NCBI RefSeq assembly: GCF_044324785.1 | Contig: NZ_CP172129.1 | Length of the DNA stretch: 64,000 nt | From: Escherichia coli | GTDB lineage: Bacteria > Pseudomonadota > Gammaproteobacteria > Enterobacterales > Enterobacteriaceae | Direction: 5' to 3' (one strand) | Shown here: positions 33,360 to 44,637 of the stretch, in pieces | How the letters are laid out: every line of letters starts with the position of its first letter | Numbering within the stretch: position 1 is the first letter of the stretch | Made by a program: the position numbers and the translations under genes | The notes under the pieces: generated by a model | Told to the model about the DNA's origin: nothing | The model's database searches: none | Seen by the model: only the letters and a program-made list of their open reading frames with translations

Positions 33360-33451
33360 TAAGGTGTTAATAAAATATAGACTTTCCGTCTATTTACCTT
33401 TTCTGATTATTCTGCAAACATAAGTGGTAACCAGAAGATAAACAGCGGGAG

Positions 33452-33853
33452 GTGTTATTGAAAAGATTTGGTACACGTTCTGCAACAGGTAAGATGGTAA
33501 AACTAAAATTACCTGTAGATGTGGAAAGTCTATTAATTGAGGCAAGTAACAGAAGCGGAAGAAGTCGATCGTTTGAGGCAGTAATAAGACTTAAAGATCA
33601 TCTTCACCGCTATCCAAAGTTTAACAGGGCAGGGAATATCTATGGTAAGTCGCTGGTTAAGTATCTGACAATGCGTCTGGATGATGAAACTAACCAGCTA
33701 CTTATTGCAGCCAAAAATCGTAGTGGATGGTGTAAAACAGATGAGGCTGCAGACAGAGTTATTGATCATTTGATCAAGTTTCCTGATTTTTATAACTCGG
33801 AGATATTCAGGGAGGCAGATAAAGAGGAAGATATAACATTTAATACACTCTAG
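33452..33853 (+). CDS. traY: Relaxosome protein TraY
   Basis: KRFGTRSATGKMVKLKLPVDVESLLIEASNRSGRSRSFEAVIRLKDHL, duplicated ribbon-helix-helix. Confidence 0.9.
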   Translation: MLLKRFGTRSATGKMVKLKLPVDVESLLIEASNRSGRSRSFEAVIRLKDHLHRYPKFNRAGNIYGKSLVKYLTMRLDDETNQLLIAAKNRSGWCKTDEAADRVIDHLIKFPDFYNSEIFREADKEEDITFNTL

Positions 33854-33885
33854 TTTTATTCATTTATCCGAAATTGAGGTAACTT

Positions 33886-34251
33886 ATGAATGCTGTTTTA
33901 AGTGTTCAGGGTGCTTCTGCGCCCGTCAAAAAGAAGTCGTTTTTTTCCAAATTCACTCGTCTGAATATGCTTCGCCTGGCTCGCGCAGTGATCCCGGCTG
34001 CTGTTCTGATGATGTTCTTCCCGCAGCTGGCGATGGCCGCCGGCAGCAGTGGTCAGGACCTGATGGCAAGCGGTAACACCACGGTTAAGGCGACCTTCGG
34101 TAAGGACTCCAGTGTTGTTAAATGGGTTGTTCTGGCTGAAGTTCTGGTCGGTGCTGTCATGTACATGATGACCAAAAACGTCAAGTTCCTGGCCGGTTTT
34201 GCCATCATCTCTGTATTTATTGCTGTGGGTATGGCCGTCGTTGGCCTCTGA
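33886..34251 (+). CDS. traA: Propilin TraA (F-pilin precursor)
   Basis: 121-aa ORF with long leader ending ...[30 protein letters not shown] and hydrophobic C-terminal half. Confidence 0.9.
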
Positions 34252-34265
34252 CAGGAAATAAAACG

Positions 34266-34577
34266 ATGTCGGGAGACGAGAATAAACTTAAGAAATATCG
34301 TTTCCCGGAAACACTGACCAACCAGAGCCGCTGGTTTGGCCTGCCACTGGATGAACTGATCCCCGCAGCAATCTGTATTGGCTGGGGTATCACAACATCG
34401 AAATATCTGTTCGGTATTGGTGCAGCGGTTCTGGTTTATTTCGGGATTAAAAAACTGAAAAAAGGGCGGGGCAGTTCCTGGTTACGTGACCTGATTTACT
34501 GGTATATGCCAACAGCCCTGCTGCGCGGTATTTTTCATAATGTTCCCGATTCGTGTTTCCGGCAGTGGATTAAATAG
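34266..34577 (+). CDS. traL: Pilus assembly protein TraL
   Basis: Position after traA; small membrane protein. Confidence 0.85.
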
Positions 34578-34598
34578 AACTGATACCAGGATTGTTAT

Positions 34599-35165
34599 AT
34601 GGAACACGGTGCCCGTTTAAGTACCAGTCGTGTAATGGCCATCGCCTTTATATTTATGTCAGTGCTTATTGTTCTCAGCCTCTCTGTTAACGTCATTCAG
34701 GGGATGAATAACTACCGTCTTCAGAATGAGCAACGCACTGCCGTGACGCCAATGGCATTTAATGCCCCCTTTGCCGTGTCACAGAACAGTGCCGACGCCT
34801 CTTATTTACAGCAGATGGCGCTGTCATTTATTGCCCTCCGTCTGAATGTTTCATCAGAAACCGTCGATGCCTCACATCAGGCGCTTCTGCAATATATCCG
34901 CCCGGGCGCACAGAACCAGATGAAAGTTATTCTGGCTGAAGAAGCGAAGCGTATTAAAAACGATAACGTGAACTCAGCCTTTTTCCAGACCAGTGTTCGT
35001 GTCTGGCCTCAGTATGGCCGTGTGGAAATTCGAGGTGTGCTTAAAACCTGGATTGGTGATTCAAAACCTTTCACTGATATCAAACATTACATCCTTATTC
35101 TGAAGCGGGAAAACGGGGTGACCTGGCTGGATAATTTCGGGGAAACAGACGATGAGAAAAAATAA
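34599..35165 (+). CDS. traE: Pilus assembly protein TraE
   Basis: 188-aa ORF, operon position. Confidence 0.85.
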   Translation: MEHGARLSTSRVMAIAFIFMSVLIVLSLSVNVIQGMNNYRLQNEQRTAVTPMAFNAPFAVSQNSADASYLQQMALSFIALRLNVSSETVDASHQALLQYIRPGAQNQMKVILAEEAKRIKNDNVNSAFFQTSVRVWPQYGRVEIRGVLKTWIGDSKPFTDIKHYILILKRENGVTWLDNFGETDDEKK

Positions 35166-35880
35166 TACGGCAATAATATTCGGCAGCCTGTTTTTTTCCT
35201 GCAGCGTGATGGCCGCAAACGGTACGCTGGCCCCCACCGTGGTGCCAATGGTGAACGGTGGTCAGGCCAGTATTGCCATCAGCAATACCAGCCCGAATCT
35301 GTTTACCGTTCCCGGTGATCGGATTATCGCCGTGAACAGTCTGGATGGTGCCCTGACCAATAATGAGCAGACCGCCTCCGGCGGTGTGGTGGTTGCCACC
35401 GTCAACAAAAAGCCCTTTACGTTCATTCTGGAAACAGAACGTGGTCTGAATCTTTCCATTCAGGCCGTTCCCCGTGAAGGCGCGGGGCGTACCATTCAGC
35501 TGGTCAGTGACCTGCGCGGAACCGGAGAAGAAGCCGGTGCGTGGGAAACGTCCACGCCTTACGAATCCCTGCTTGTGACCATCAGCCAGGCCGTCCGTGG
35601 CGGAAAATTACCCGCAGGCTGGTATCAGGTCCCAGTGACAAAGGAAACCCTGCAGGCCCCGGCGGGGCTGTCTTCAGTGGCAGATGCCGTATGGACGGGG
35701 AATCACCTGAAGATGGTCCGCTTTGCCGTGGAAAATAAAACGCTGTCTGCCCTGAATATCCGGGAAAGTGACTTCTGGCAGCCGGGAACCCGTGCCGTGA
35801 TGTTCAGCCAGCCTGCCAGCCAGTTACTGGCAGGTGCGCGCATGGATGTGTATGTCATCCGTGACGGGGAGGGCAACTGA
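35152..35880 (+). CDS. traK: Secretin-like pilus assembly protein TraK
   Basis: 242-aa ORF, signal peptide, operon position. Confidence 0.85.
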   Translation: MRKNNTAIIFGSLFFSCSVMAANGTLAPTVVPMVNGGQASIAISNTSPNLFTVPGDRIIAVNSLDGALTNNEQTASGGVVVATVNKKPFTFILETERGLNLSIQAVPREGAGRTIQLVSDLRGTGEEAGAWETSTPYESLLVTISQAVRGGKLPAGWYQVPVTKETLQAPAGLSSVADAVWTGNHLKMVRFAVENKTLSALNIRESDFWQPGTRAVMFSQPASQLLAGARMDVYVIRDGEGN

Positions 35881-37307
35881 TGGCCAGTATCAATACCATT
35901 GTGAAACGCAAGCAGTACCTGTGGCTGGGGATTGTGGTTGTCGGTACAGCCTCCGCGATTGGTGGGGCACTGTATCTGTCTGATGTGGACATGTCCGGTA
36001 ACGGTGAAACCGTGGCTGAACAGGAGCCTGTGCCGGATATGACCGGTGTGGTGGATACGACCTTTGATGACAAGGTGCGTCAGCATGCCACCACCGAGAT
36101 GCAGGTGACGGCAGCGCAGATGCAGAAGCAGTATGAGGAAATCCGTCGTGAGCTGGATGTTCTGAACAAACAGCGCGGTGATGACCAGCGTCGTATTGAA
36201 AAGTTGGGACAGGACAATGCCGCCCTGGCAGAGCAGGTAAAAGCCCTGGGTGCTAATCCCGTCACGGCGACCGGTGAGCCTGTACCGCAGATGCCTGCCT
36301 CACCGCCCGGCCCGGAAGGCGAACCACAGCCAGGAAACACCCCCGTATCCTTCCCGCCGCAGGGCAGCGTTGCTGTTCCACCGCCGACGGCGTTTTATCC
36401 CGGGAATGGTGTCACGCCACCACCACAGGTGACGTACCAGTCTGTGCCGGTGCCTAACCGGATACAGCGTAAGGTGTTTACCCGTAATGAGGGAAAACAG
36501 GGACCATCACTGCCGTACATTCCGTCAGGAAGTTTTGCGAAAGCCATGCTGATTGAAGGGGCGGATGCCAATGCCTCTGTCACCGGTAATGAATCCACGG
36601 TGCCGATGCAGCTGCGTATCACCGGCCTGGTGGAAATGCCGAACAGCAAGACGTATGACGCAACGGGATGTTTTGTGGGTCTGGAAGCCTGGGGGGATGT
36701 GTCCAGTGAGCGTGCCATTGTACGCACCCGCAATATCAGTTGCCTGAAGGACGGCAAAACTATTGATATGCCGATTAAGGGGCATGTCAGCTTCCGGGGT
36801 AAAAACGGTATCAAGGGCGAAGTGGTGATGCGTAACGGCAAAATCCTCGGCTGGGCATGGGGCGCGGGATTTGTTGACGGTATTGGTCAGGGAATGGAGC
36901 GCGCCTCCCAGCCGGCTGTCGGGCTGGGTGCCACAGCCGCTTACGGGGCTGGTGATGTCCTGAAAATGGGTATCGGTGGCGGCGCATCGAAAGCCGCACA
37001 GACGCTCAGTGACTACTACATCAAACGTGCCGAACAGTATCACCCGGTGATACCGATTGGTGCGGGCAACGAAGTGACCGTGGTGTTCCAGGACGGCTTC
37101 CAGCTGAAAACCGTGGAAGAGATGGCGCTGGAACGCACGCAGAGCAGAGCGGAAGAAGACAATCCGGAAAGTCCGGTTCCTGTTCCGCCATCGGCTGAAA
37201 GTCATCTTAACGGCTTTAATACTGACCAGATGCTGAAGCAGCTGGGCAACCTGAATCCGCAGCAGTTTATGTCCGGCAGCCAGGGAGGGGGCAACGATGG
37301 CAAATAA
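35880..37307 (+). CDS. traB: Type IV secretion core protein TraB (VirB10-like)
   Basis: 475-aa ORF with proline-rich region. Confidence 0.9.
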   Translation: MASINTIVKRKQYLWLGIVVVGTASAIGGALYLSDVDMSGNGETVAEQEPVPDMTGVVDTTFDDKVRQHATTEMQVTAAQMQKQYEEIRRELDVLNKQRGDDQRRIEKLGQDNAALAEQVKALGANPVTATGEPVPQMPASPPGPEGEPQPGNTPVSFPPQGSVAVPPPTAFYPGNGVTPPPQVTYQSVPVPNRIQRKVFTRNEGKQGPSLPYIPSGSFAKAMLIEGADANASVTGNESTVPMQLRITGLVEMPNSKTYDATGCFVGLEAWGDVSSERAIVRTRNISCLKDGKTIDMPIKGHVSFRGKNGIKGEVVMRNGKILGWAWGAGFVDGIGQGMERASQPAVGLGATAAYGAGDVLKMGIGGGASKAAQTLSDYYIKRAEQYHPVIPIGAGNEVTVVFQDGFQLKTVEEMALERTQSRAEEDNPESPVPVPPSAESHLNGFNTDQMLKQLGNLNPQQFMSGSQGGGNDGK

Positions 37308-37887
37308 TATGTCGTCCCGTCAGGCGTGCCATGCCGCCCGGTATGTTGTCGCCCGGGTTCTGCGAGGACTGTTCTGGTGTCTGAAGTACACCGTCATTCT
37401 GCCACTGGCCACAATGGCCCTGATGACTCTGTTTGTTTTATGGAAGGACAACACCACGCCGGGGAAATTACTGGTTAAGGAGATTAACTTCGTAAGACAA
37501 ACAGCACCTGCCGGACAGTTCCCGGTCAGTGAATGCTGGTTTTCTTCCTCTGATTCTTCAGGCAGATCAGAAATACAGGGTATCTGCCATTACCGCGCGG
37601 CTGATGCTGCAGATTATGTCAGGGAGACTGACCGGTCACTGATGCAACTGGTCACCGCATTATGGGCAACACTGGCACTGATGTATGTCTCGCTGGCAGC
37701 GATCACCGGGAAATATCCGGTGCGACCCGGAAAAATGAAATGTATCCGGGTGGTAACCGCAGATGAACATCTGAAGGAAGTTTATACGGAAGACGCTTCC
37801 CTGCCGGGAAAAATCAGGAAATGCCCTGTTTATCTTCCTGATGACAGAACAAACAGAAACAACGGAGATAAAAATGAACATGCGTAA
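37297..37887 (+). CDS. traP: Conjugal transfer protein TraP
   Basis: 196-aa membrane protein, operon position. Confidence 0.8.
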   Translation: MANNMSSRQACHAARYVVARVLRGLFWCLKYTVILPLATMALMTLFVLWKDNTTPGKLLVKEINFVRQTAPAGQFPVSECWFSSSDSSGRSEIQGICHYRAADAADYVRETDRSLMQLVTALWATLALMYVSLAAITGKYPVRPGKMKCIRVVTADEHLKEVYTEDASLPGKIRKCPVYLPDDRTNRNNGDKNEHA

Positions 37888-38071
37888 TATTAATGTTATT
37901 ACAGCCCTCTCTGTGCCGGGTAAAACCGTGTCAGATGATTTTATGCATGCTGTTCTCAGTAACTGCGCCACAAGAATCGTACTTCCTGCACCGGAGAAAT
38001 TCGGTTCTGAGTCATTGCCGGACAATTTTAATATGACTGCTGTCGGTGTGATGAAGAATTCAGAAATATAA
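37874..38071 (+). CDS. trbD: Conjugal transfer protein TrbD
   Basis: ORF 37841..38071, start set at MNMRNINVITALSV (65 aa). Confidence 0.7.
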   Translation: MNMRNINVITALSVPGKTVSDDFMHAVLSNCATRIVLPAPEKFGSESLPDNFNMTAVGVMKNSEI

Positions 38072-38082
38072 GGAACCCTTCG

Positions 38083-38334
38083 ATGAATAAGCTGGTTTCT
38101 GATGGCAGCGTCAAAAAAATAAATTATCCGGTGCTGTATGAGTCCGGAATAACACCTCCGTTATGTGAAGTCAGTGCACCAGAACCTGATGCGGGTGGGA
38201 AACGCATTGTGGCATATGTTTATAAATCATCACGGAGTACGGTTTTTGAAAATCCTGACATTGTAAAAACCTGTACGGTCAGGGATTTGAAGAAGGATTT
38301 TGTGAACTGCGATGAGAAAGGTGAGGGACAATGA
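38083..38334 (+). CDS. trbG: Conjugal transfer protein TrbG
   Basis: 83-aa ORF, operon position. Confidence 0.75.
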   Translation: MNKLVSDGSVKKINYPVLYESGITPPLCEVSAPEPDAGGKRIVAYVYKSSRSTVFENPDIVKTCTVRDLKKDFVNCDEKGEGQ

Positions 38335-38846
38335 AACAGATTTCTTTCTTTATTCCTCTGCTGGGGACCTTATTACTTTCCGGCTGTGCCGGAACCAGTA
38401 CGGAATTTGAGTGTAACGCCACCACATCCGATACCTGTATGACGATGGAGCAGGCCAATGAGAAGGCCAAAAAACTGGAGCGGTCCTCAGAAGCAAAGCC
38501 GGTTGCGGCATCACTGCCGCGCCTGGCTGAAGGGAACTTCCGGACAATGCCGGTGCAGACCGTCACCGCGACCACTCCGTCCGGCAGCAGACCTGCGGTG
38601 ACAGCACATCCGGAGCAGAAACTGCTGGCACCTCGCCCGCTGTTTACCGCTGCCCGGGAAGTGAAAACGGTTGTTCCGGTCAGTTCAGTTACGCCGGTAA
38701 CACCTCCTCGTCCGCTAAGAACGGGTGAGCAGACGGCAGCATTATGGATAGCGCCTTATATTGATAACCAGGATGTTTATCATCAGCCATCCAGCGTGTT
38801 TTTTGTTATTAAACCGTCTGCGTGGGGAAAACCACGTATTAATTAA
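38331..38846 (+). CDS. traV: Lipoprotein TraV
   Basis: Lipobox LLSGCAG, 171 aa. Confidence 0.9.
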   Translation: MKQISFFIPLLGTLLLSGCAGTSTEFECNATTSDTCMTMEQANEKAKKLERSSEAKPVAASLPRLAEGNFRTMPVQTVTATTPSGSRPAVTAHPEQKLLAPRPLFTAAREVKTVVPVSSVTPVTPPRPLRTGEQTAALWIAPYIDNQDVYHQPSSVFFVIKPSAWGKPRIN

Positions 38847-38980
38847 CTGGCCCTGAAGTTGTATATCAGCCGGCAATGCCGGCGGGCTTTCTGTATTCAA
38901 AATCTGCCTGTAAAACGAGTGCCCTGTGCGTGAAAAGGGATGGGCGGTAGCGTGTCAGAATATGTCGGGAGGAATATTCC

Positions 38981-39202
38981 GTGAGTGATGAAGCCGATGA
39001 AGCATATTCAGTGACAGAACAACTGACCATGACAGGAATAAACCGGATACGCCAGAAAATAAATGCTCATGGTATTCCTGTTTATCTCTGTGAAGCATGC
39101 GGAAATCCTATTCCGGAAGCCCGGCGGAAAATATTTCCCGGTGTGACGTTGTGCGTTGAATGTCAGGCGTATCAGGAAAGACAGAGAAAACATTATGCAT
39201 AA
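38981..39202 (+). CDS. traR: DksA/TraR-family zinc-finger protein TraR
   Basis: C4 zinc finger CEACGNPIPEARRKIFPGVTLCVECQ. Confidence 0.9.
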   Translation: MSDEADEAYSVTEQLTMTGINRIRQKINAHGIPVYLCEACGNPIPEARRKIFPGVTLCVECQAYQERQRKHYA

Positions 39203-39361
39203 GTCAGTCGCAGAACATAGTGATTTAATTCCGGATGAACATGAGTGGATATTCAGAAAACAGAAATCTTTGTATATGCGCCGGGAAATGGCGCGTTAAT
39301 TACAGGTATTCCCTTCATGGCTACCGCATTTCTCGCTTTATTTTTCAACTAAGGAATTCAT

Positions 39362-41989
39362 GTGAATAACCCACTTGAGGCCGTCACTCAGGCGGTTAAC
39401 TCCCTCGTCACAGCACTGAAACTGCCTGACGAATCCGCAAAGGCCAATGAAGTTCTGGGCGAAATGAGCTTCCCGCAGTTCAGCCGTCTGCTGCCGTACC
39501 GTGATTACAACCAGGAATCCGGTCTGTTCATGAATGACACCACGATGGGCTTTATGCTGGAAGCCATTCCCATCAATGGGGCGAATGAGTCCATTGTGGA
39601 GGCCCTCGATCACATGCTGCGCACCAAACTGCCGCGCGGTATTCCGTTGTGTATCCATCTGATGTCCAGTCAGCTGGTTGGTGACAGGATTGAATACGGG
39701 CTGCGTGAGTTCTCCTGGTCAGGTGAACAGGCTGAACGGTTTAACGCCATTACCCGGGCCTATTATATGAAAGCGGCAGCGACACAGTTTCCGCTGCCGG
39801 AGGGGATGAATCTGCCCCTGACCCTGCGCCATTACCGGGTGTTTATCTCGTACTGTTCTCCTTCGAAGAAAAAAAGCCGGGCCGACATTCTGGAAATGGA
39901 AAACCTGGTGAAAATCATCCGGGCGTCGTTACAGGGGGCCAGTATCACCACACAGACGGTGGATGCACAGGCCTTTATCGATATTGTCGGGGAGATGATT
40001 AACCATAACCCGGACTCCCTGTACCCGAAAAGACGCCAGCTGGACCCGTATTCTGATCTGAATTATCAGTGTGTGGAGGACAGTTTTGACCTGAAAGTCC
40101 GGGCTGATTACCTGACGCTGGGCCTGCGTGAGAGCGGCAGGAACAGTACGGCCCGCATCCTGAATTTCCATCTGGCCCGTAACCCGGAAATCGCTTTTTT
40201 GTGGAACATGGCCGACAACTACAGCAACCTGCTGAACCCGGAGTTGTCCATCTCCTGCCCGTTCATCCTGACGCTGACTCTGGTGGTGGAAGACCAGGTG
40301 AAAACCCACAGCGAAGCCAACCTGAAGTACATGGACCTGGAGAAAAAGTCGAAGACCTCCTATGCCAAATGGTTTCCGTCCGTGGAGAAAGAAGCGAAGG
40401 AGTGGGGGGAACTGCGTCAGCGGCTGGGCTCCGGTCAGTCCTCTGTCGTGTCCTACTTCCTCAACATCACAGCCTTCTGCAAGGACAATAATGAAACGGC
40501 ACTGGAAGTGGAGCAGGACATCCTGAACAGCTTCCGTAAAAACGGTTTTGAGCTGATTTCACCGCGCTTTAACCACATGCGCAATTTCCTGACCTGTCTG
40601 CCCTTTATGGCCGGGAAAGGGTTGTTTAAACAGCTGAAAGAGGCCGGAGTGGTACAGCGCGCAGAGAGCTTTAATGTGGCCAACCTGATGCCGTTAGTGG
40701 CGGATAACCCCCTGACACCGGCAGGTCTGCTGGCACCCACCTACCGTAACCAGCTGGCGTTTATCGATATTTTCTTCCGGGGGATGAATAACACCAACTA
40801 TAACATGGCGGTCTGTGGCACCTCCGGGGCCGGTAAAACCGGGCTGATACAGCCACTTATCCGCAGCGTGCTGGACTCCGGAGGCTTTGCCGTGGTGTTC
40901 GACATGGGGGATGGATACAAGTCCCTGTGTGAGAACATGGGCGGGGTGTATCTGGACGGTGAAACCCTGCGCTTTAACCCGTTTGCGAACATCACCGATA
41001 TTGACCAGTCAGCGGAGCGTGTCCGTGACCAGCTGTCGGTGATGGCCAGCCCCAACGGTAACCTGGATGAAGTGCATGAAGGTCTGCTGCTGCAGGCAGT
41101 CAGGGCATCATGGCTGGCCAAAGAGAACAGGGCACGTATTGATGACGTGGTGGATTTCCTGAAAAACGCCAGTGACAGCGAGCAGTATGCCGAGTCACCG
41201 ACCATCCGCAGCCGTCTGGACGAAATGATTGTGCTGCTTGACCAGTACACTGCTAACGGCACTTATGGCCAGTATTTCAACTCCGATGAGCCGTCCCTGC
41301 GGGATGATGCGAAAATGGTGGTGCTGGAGCTGGGCGGACTGGAAGACCGTCCGTCCCTGCTGGTTGCGGTGATGTTCAGCCTTATCATTTACATTGAGAA
41401 CCGGATGTACCGCACGCCGCGTAACCTCAAGAAACTGAACGTCATTGATGAAGGCTGGCGTCTGCTGGACTTCAAAAATCACAAGGTCGGTGAATTTATT
41501 GAGAAAGGCTACCGTACCGCCCGCCGTCATACCGGTGCCTATATCACCATCACCCAGAACATCGTCGACTTTGACTCTGACAAGGCCTCCAGTGCGGCCC
41601 GTGCAGCATGGGGTAACTCCTCCTACAAAATTATCCTCAAACAGAGTGCGAAGGAGTTCGCGAAATACAACCAGCTGTATCCGGACCAGTTCCTGCCACT
41701 GCAGCGTGACATGATTGGTAAGTTCGGTGCGGCCAAAGATCAGTGGTTCAGTTCCTTCCTGCTGCAGGTGGAAAACCATTCCTCCTGGCACCGCCTGTTT
41801 GTGGACCCGTTAAGCCGCGCCATGTACAGCTCTGACGGCCCGGATTTTGAGTTTGTGCAGCAGAAACGTAAAGAGGGGCTGAGTATTCATGAGGCAGTGT
41901 GGCAGCTGGCGTGGAAGAAGTCAGGGCCGGAGATGGCTTCGCTGGAAGCCTGGCTGGAAGAACATGAGAAATACAGGAGTGTTGCATGA
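39362..41989 (+). CDS. traC: Type IV secretion ATPase TraC (VirB4-like)
   Basis: 875-aa ORF, Walker A GTSGAGKT, GTG start. Confidence 0.9.
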   Translation: MNNPLEAVTQAVNSLVTALKLPDESAKANEVLGEMSFPQFSRLLPYRDYNQESGLFMNDTTMGFMLEAIPINGANESIVEALDHMLRTKLPRGIPLCIHLMSSQLVGDRIEYGLREFSWSGEQAERFNAITRAYYMKAAATQFPLPEGMNLPLTLRHYRVFISYCSPSKKKSRADILEMENLVKIIRASLQGASITTQTVDAQAFIDIVGEMINHNPDSLYPKRRQLDPYSDLNYQCVEDSFDLKVRADYLTLGLRESGRNSTARILNFHLARNPEIAFLWNMADNYSNLLNPELSISCPFILTLTLVVEDQVKTHSEANLKYMDLEKKSKTSYAKWFPSVEKEAKEWGELRQRLGSGQSSVVSYFLNITAFCKDNNETALEVEQDILNSFRKNGFELISPRFNHMRNFLTCLPFMAGKGLFKQLKEAGVVQRAESFNVANLMPLVADNPLTPAGLLAPTYRNQLAFIDIFFRGMNNTNYNMAVCGTSGAGKTGLIQPLIRSVLDSGGFAVVFDMGDGYKSLCENMGGVYLDGETLRFNPFANITDIDQSAERVRDQLSVMASPNGNLDEVHEGLLLQAVRASWLAKENRARIDDVVDFLKNASDSEQYAESPTIRSRLDEMIVLLDQYTANGTYGQYFNSDEPSLRDDAKMVVLELGGLEDRPSLLVAVMFSLIIYIENRMYRTPRNLKKLNVIDEGWRLLDFKNHKVGEFIEKGYRTARRHTGAYITITQNIVDFDSDKASSAARAAWGNSSYKIILKQSAKEFAKYNQLYPDQFLPLQRDMIGKFGAAKDQWFSSFLLQVENHSSWHRLFVDPLSRAMYSSDGPDFEFVQQKRKEGLSIHEAVWQLAWKKSGPEMASLEAWLEEHEKYRSVA

Positions 41990-42372
41990 CCACAACGCAA
42001 AAAACGACTGACGTTACAGCCCCCCGACGCAGCCACTGGTGGTGGACGGTGCCGGGATGCCTGGCAATGGTGTTACTGAACGCAGCCATCAGTTACGGCA
42101 TTGTCAGACTGAACGCACCGGTGACTGCCGCCTTCAACATGAAACAGACCGTGGATGCGTTTTTTGACAGCGCCAGTCAGAAACAACTGTCAGAAGCACA
42201 GTCAAAAGCCCTTTCAGCGCGTTTTAACACGGCACTGGAAGCCAGCCTGCAGGCATGGCAGCAGAAACACCACGCGGTCATTCTGGTGTCGCCTGCCGTG
42301 GTACAGGGGGCTCCGGATATCACCCGGGAAATCCAGCAGGATATCGCCCGGCGAATGAGGGCGGAGCCATGA
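41986..42372 (+). CDS. trbI: Conjugal transfer protein TrbI
   Basis: 128-aa ORF overlapping traC stop. Confidence 0.85.
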   Translation: MTTTQKTTDVTAPRRSHWWWTVPGCLAMVLLNAAISYGIVRLNAPVTAAFNMKQTVDAFFDSASQKQLSEAQSKALSARFNTALEASLQAWQQKHHAVILVSPAVVQGAPDITREIQQDIARRMRAEP

Positions 42373-43001
42373 GATGCCGGGGGCTGATTGCCCTGCTGAT
42401 ATGGGGGCAGAGTGTGGCCGCCGCCGATCTTGGTACCTGGGGCGATCTGTGGCCGGTAAAGGAGCCGGACATGCTGACGGTGATCATGCAGCGCCTGACG
42501 GCACTGGAGCAGTCCGGTGAGATGGGCCGGAAAATGGATGCCTTTAAGGAGCGGGTGATCCGCAACAGTCTGCGGCCCCCTGCCGTGCCCGGTATCGGAC
42601 GCACGGAGAAATACGGCAGCCGGTTGTTTGACCCGTCCGTCAGACTGGCTGCGGATATCCGGGATAACGAAGGGCGGGTGTTTGCCCGTCAGGGTGAAGT
42701 GATGAATCCGCTGCAGTATGTTCCTTTTAACCAGACGCTGTATTTCATCAATGGCGATGATCCGGCGCAGGTGGCCTGGATGAAACGCCAGACGCCGCCC
42801 ACACTGGAGAGCAAAATTATCCTCGTGCAGGGCAGTATCCCGGAGATGCAGAAGTCTCTGGACAGCCGTGTTTACTTTGACCAGAACGGTGTGCTCTGCC
42901 AGCGCCTCGGCATTGATCAGGTCCCGGCACGGGTGAGCGCCGTTCCCGGCGATCGCTTCCTGAAGGTGGAATTTATTCCGGCAGAGGAGGGCAGAAAATG
43001 A
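42369..43001 (+). CDS. traW: Pilus assembly protein TraW
   Basis: ORF 42255..43001, start set at MRCRGLIALLIWGQSVAA (210 aa). Confidence 0.85.
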   Translation: MRCRGLIALLIWGQSVAAADLGTWGDLWPVKEPDMLTVIMQRLTALEQSGEMGRKMDAFKERVIRNSLRPPAVPGIGRTEKYGSRLFDPSVRLAADIRDNEGRVFARQGEVMNPLQYVPFNQTLYFINGDDPAQVAWMKRQTPPTLESKIILVQGSIPEMQKSLDSRVYFDQNGVLCQRLGIDQVPARVSAVPGDRFLKVEFIPAEEGRK

Positions 43002-43990
43002 AGCGAAGCCTGTGGCTGCTGATGTTATTCCTTCTCGCCGGTCATGTCCCTGCAGCGTCTGCGGATTCTGCCTGTGAGGGGCGTTTTGTAAACCCGATCA
43101 CGGATATCTGCTGGAGCTGTATTTTCCCGCTCTCGCTGGGCAGTATCAAAGTCAGTCAGGGTAAGGTCCCCGACACGGCGAACCCGTCGATGCCCATTCA
43201 GATTTGTCCGGCACCGCCGCCGCTGTTCAGGCGTATCGGGCTGGCCATTGGTTACTGGGAGCCGATGGCGCTGACGGACGTCACCCGATCACCGGGATGC
43301 ATGGTTAACCTGGGCTTCAGCCTGCCGGCTTTTGGTAAAACGGCACAGGGAACGGCGAAAAAGGATGAGAAGCAGGTGAACGGGGCGTTCTATCACGTTC
43401 ACTGGTACAAATACCCGCTGACGTACTGGCTTAACATCATCACATCGCTGGGCTGTCTGGAAGGTGGTGACCTGGATATCGCTTATCTTTCTGAAATCGA
43501 CCCCACCTGGACGGACAGCAGCCTGACCACCATTCTCAATCCGGAAGCTGTCATCTTTGCCAATCCGATAGCACAGGGGGCCTGTGCAGCAGATGCCATT
43601 GCCAGCGCCTTTAATATGCCTCTCGATGTTCTGTTCTGGTGTGCCGGTTCGCAGGGCAGTATGTACCCGTTCAATGGCTGGGTGAGTAATGAGTCCAGTC
43701 CGTTGCAGTCCTCCCTGCTGGTCAGTGAACGCATGGCGTTCAAGCTGCACCGTCAGGGCATGATTATGGAAACCATCGGGAAAAATAACGCCGTCTGTAA
43801 TGAATATCCGTCCCCAATCCTGCCCAAAGAACGCTGGCGTTACCAGATGGTGAATATGTACCCGGACAGCGGACAGTGCCACCCGTTCGGGCGCAGTGTG
43901 ACCCGCTGGGAAACCGGGAAAAATCCGCCCAATACAAAGAAAAACTTCGGCTACCTGATGTGGCGTAAACGTAACTGTGTCTTCCTGTGA
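42998..43990 (+). CDS. traU: Conjugal DNA transfer protein TraU
   Basis: 330-aa ORF with signal peptide. Confidence 0.9.
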   Translation: MKRSLWLLMLFLLAGHVPAASADSACEGRFVNPITDICWSCIFPLSLGSIKVSQGKVPDTANPSMPIQICPAPPPLFRRIGLAIGYWEPMALTDVTRSPGCMVNLGFSLPAFGKTAQGTAKKDEKQVNGAFYHVHWYKYPLTYWLNIITSLGCLEGGDLDIAYLSEIDPTWTDSSLTTILNPEAVIFANPIAQGACAADAIASAFNMPLDVLFWCAGSQGSMYPFNGWVSNESSPLQSSLLVSERMAFKLHRQGMIMETIGKNNAVCNEYPSPILPKERWRYQMVNMYPDSGQCHPFGRSVTRWETGKNPPNTKKNFGYLMWRKRNCVFL

Positions 43991-43995
43991 GGTGA

Positions 43996-44637
43996 ATGAT
44001 GAAGCTGAGTATGAAATCTCTGGCAGCACTGCTGATGATGCTGAACGGGGCGGTTATGGCGTCAGAAAACGTGAACACTCCTGAAAACCGCCAGTTCCTG
44101 AAGCAGCAGGAAAATTTAAGCAGACAACTGCGTGAAAAACCTGACCATCAGCTGAAAGCCTGGGCGGAGAAGCAGGTGCTGGAAAACCCCCTTCAGCGTT
44201 CAGATAACCATTTCCTGGATGAGCTGGTTCGTAAACAGCAGGCTTCGCAGGACGGGAAACCCCGGCAGGGTGCTCTGTATTTTGTGTCGTTTTCCATTCC
44301 CGAAGAGGGGCTGAAACGAATGCTGGGCGAAACCCGGCACTACGGTATACCCGCCACACTGCGGGGCATGGTGAACAATGACCTGAAGACCACCGCTGAA
44401 GCCGTGCTGTCCCTGGTGAAAGACGGCGCGACTGATGGTGTTCAGATCGACCCGACGCTGTTTTCACAGTACGGCATTCGCAGTGTACCGGCACTGGTGG
44501 TGTTCTGCAGTCAGGGATACGACATCATCCGGGGAAACCTGCGGGTCGGCCAGGCGCTGGAGAAAGTGGCCGCCACGGGTGACTGCCGGCAGGTGGCTCA
44601 TGATTTACTGGCAGGGAAAGGAGTTTCCGGGAAATGA
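43996..44637 (+). CDS. trbC: Pilus assembly protein TrbC
   Basis: 213-aa ORF with signal peptide. Confidence 0.85.
   Translation: MMKLSMKSLAALLMMLNGAVMASENVNTPENRQFLKQQENLSRQLREKPDHQLKAWAEKQVLENPLQRSDNHFLDELVRKQQASQDGKPRQGALYFVSFSIPEEGLKRMLGETRHYGIPATLRGMVNNDLKTTAEAVLSLVKDGATDGVQIDPTLFSQYGIRSVPALVVFCSQGYDIIRGNLRVGQALEKVAATGDCRQVAHDLLAGKGVSGK

Noticed and set aside
36525-37205. Long antisense ORFs within tra genes (also 41195-41791 in traC, 61319-62503 and 62608-63547 in traI)
   Set aside because: They lie opposite conserved tra genes in GC-rich DNA, where long stop-free antisense frames are expected by chance.
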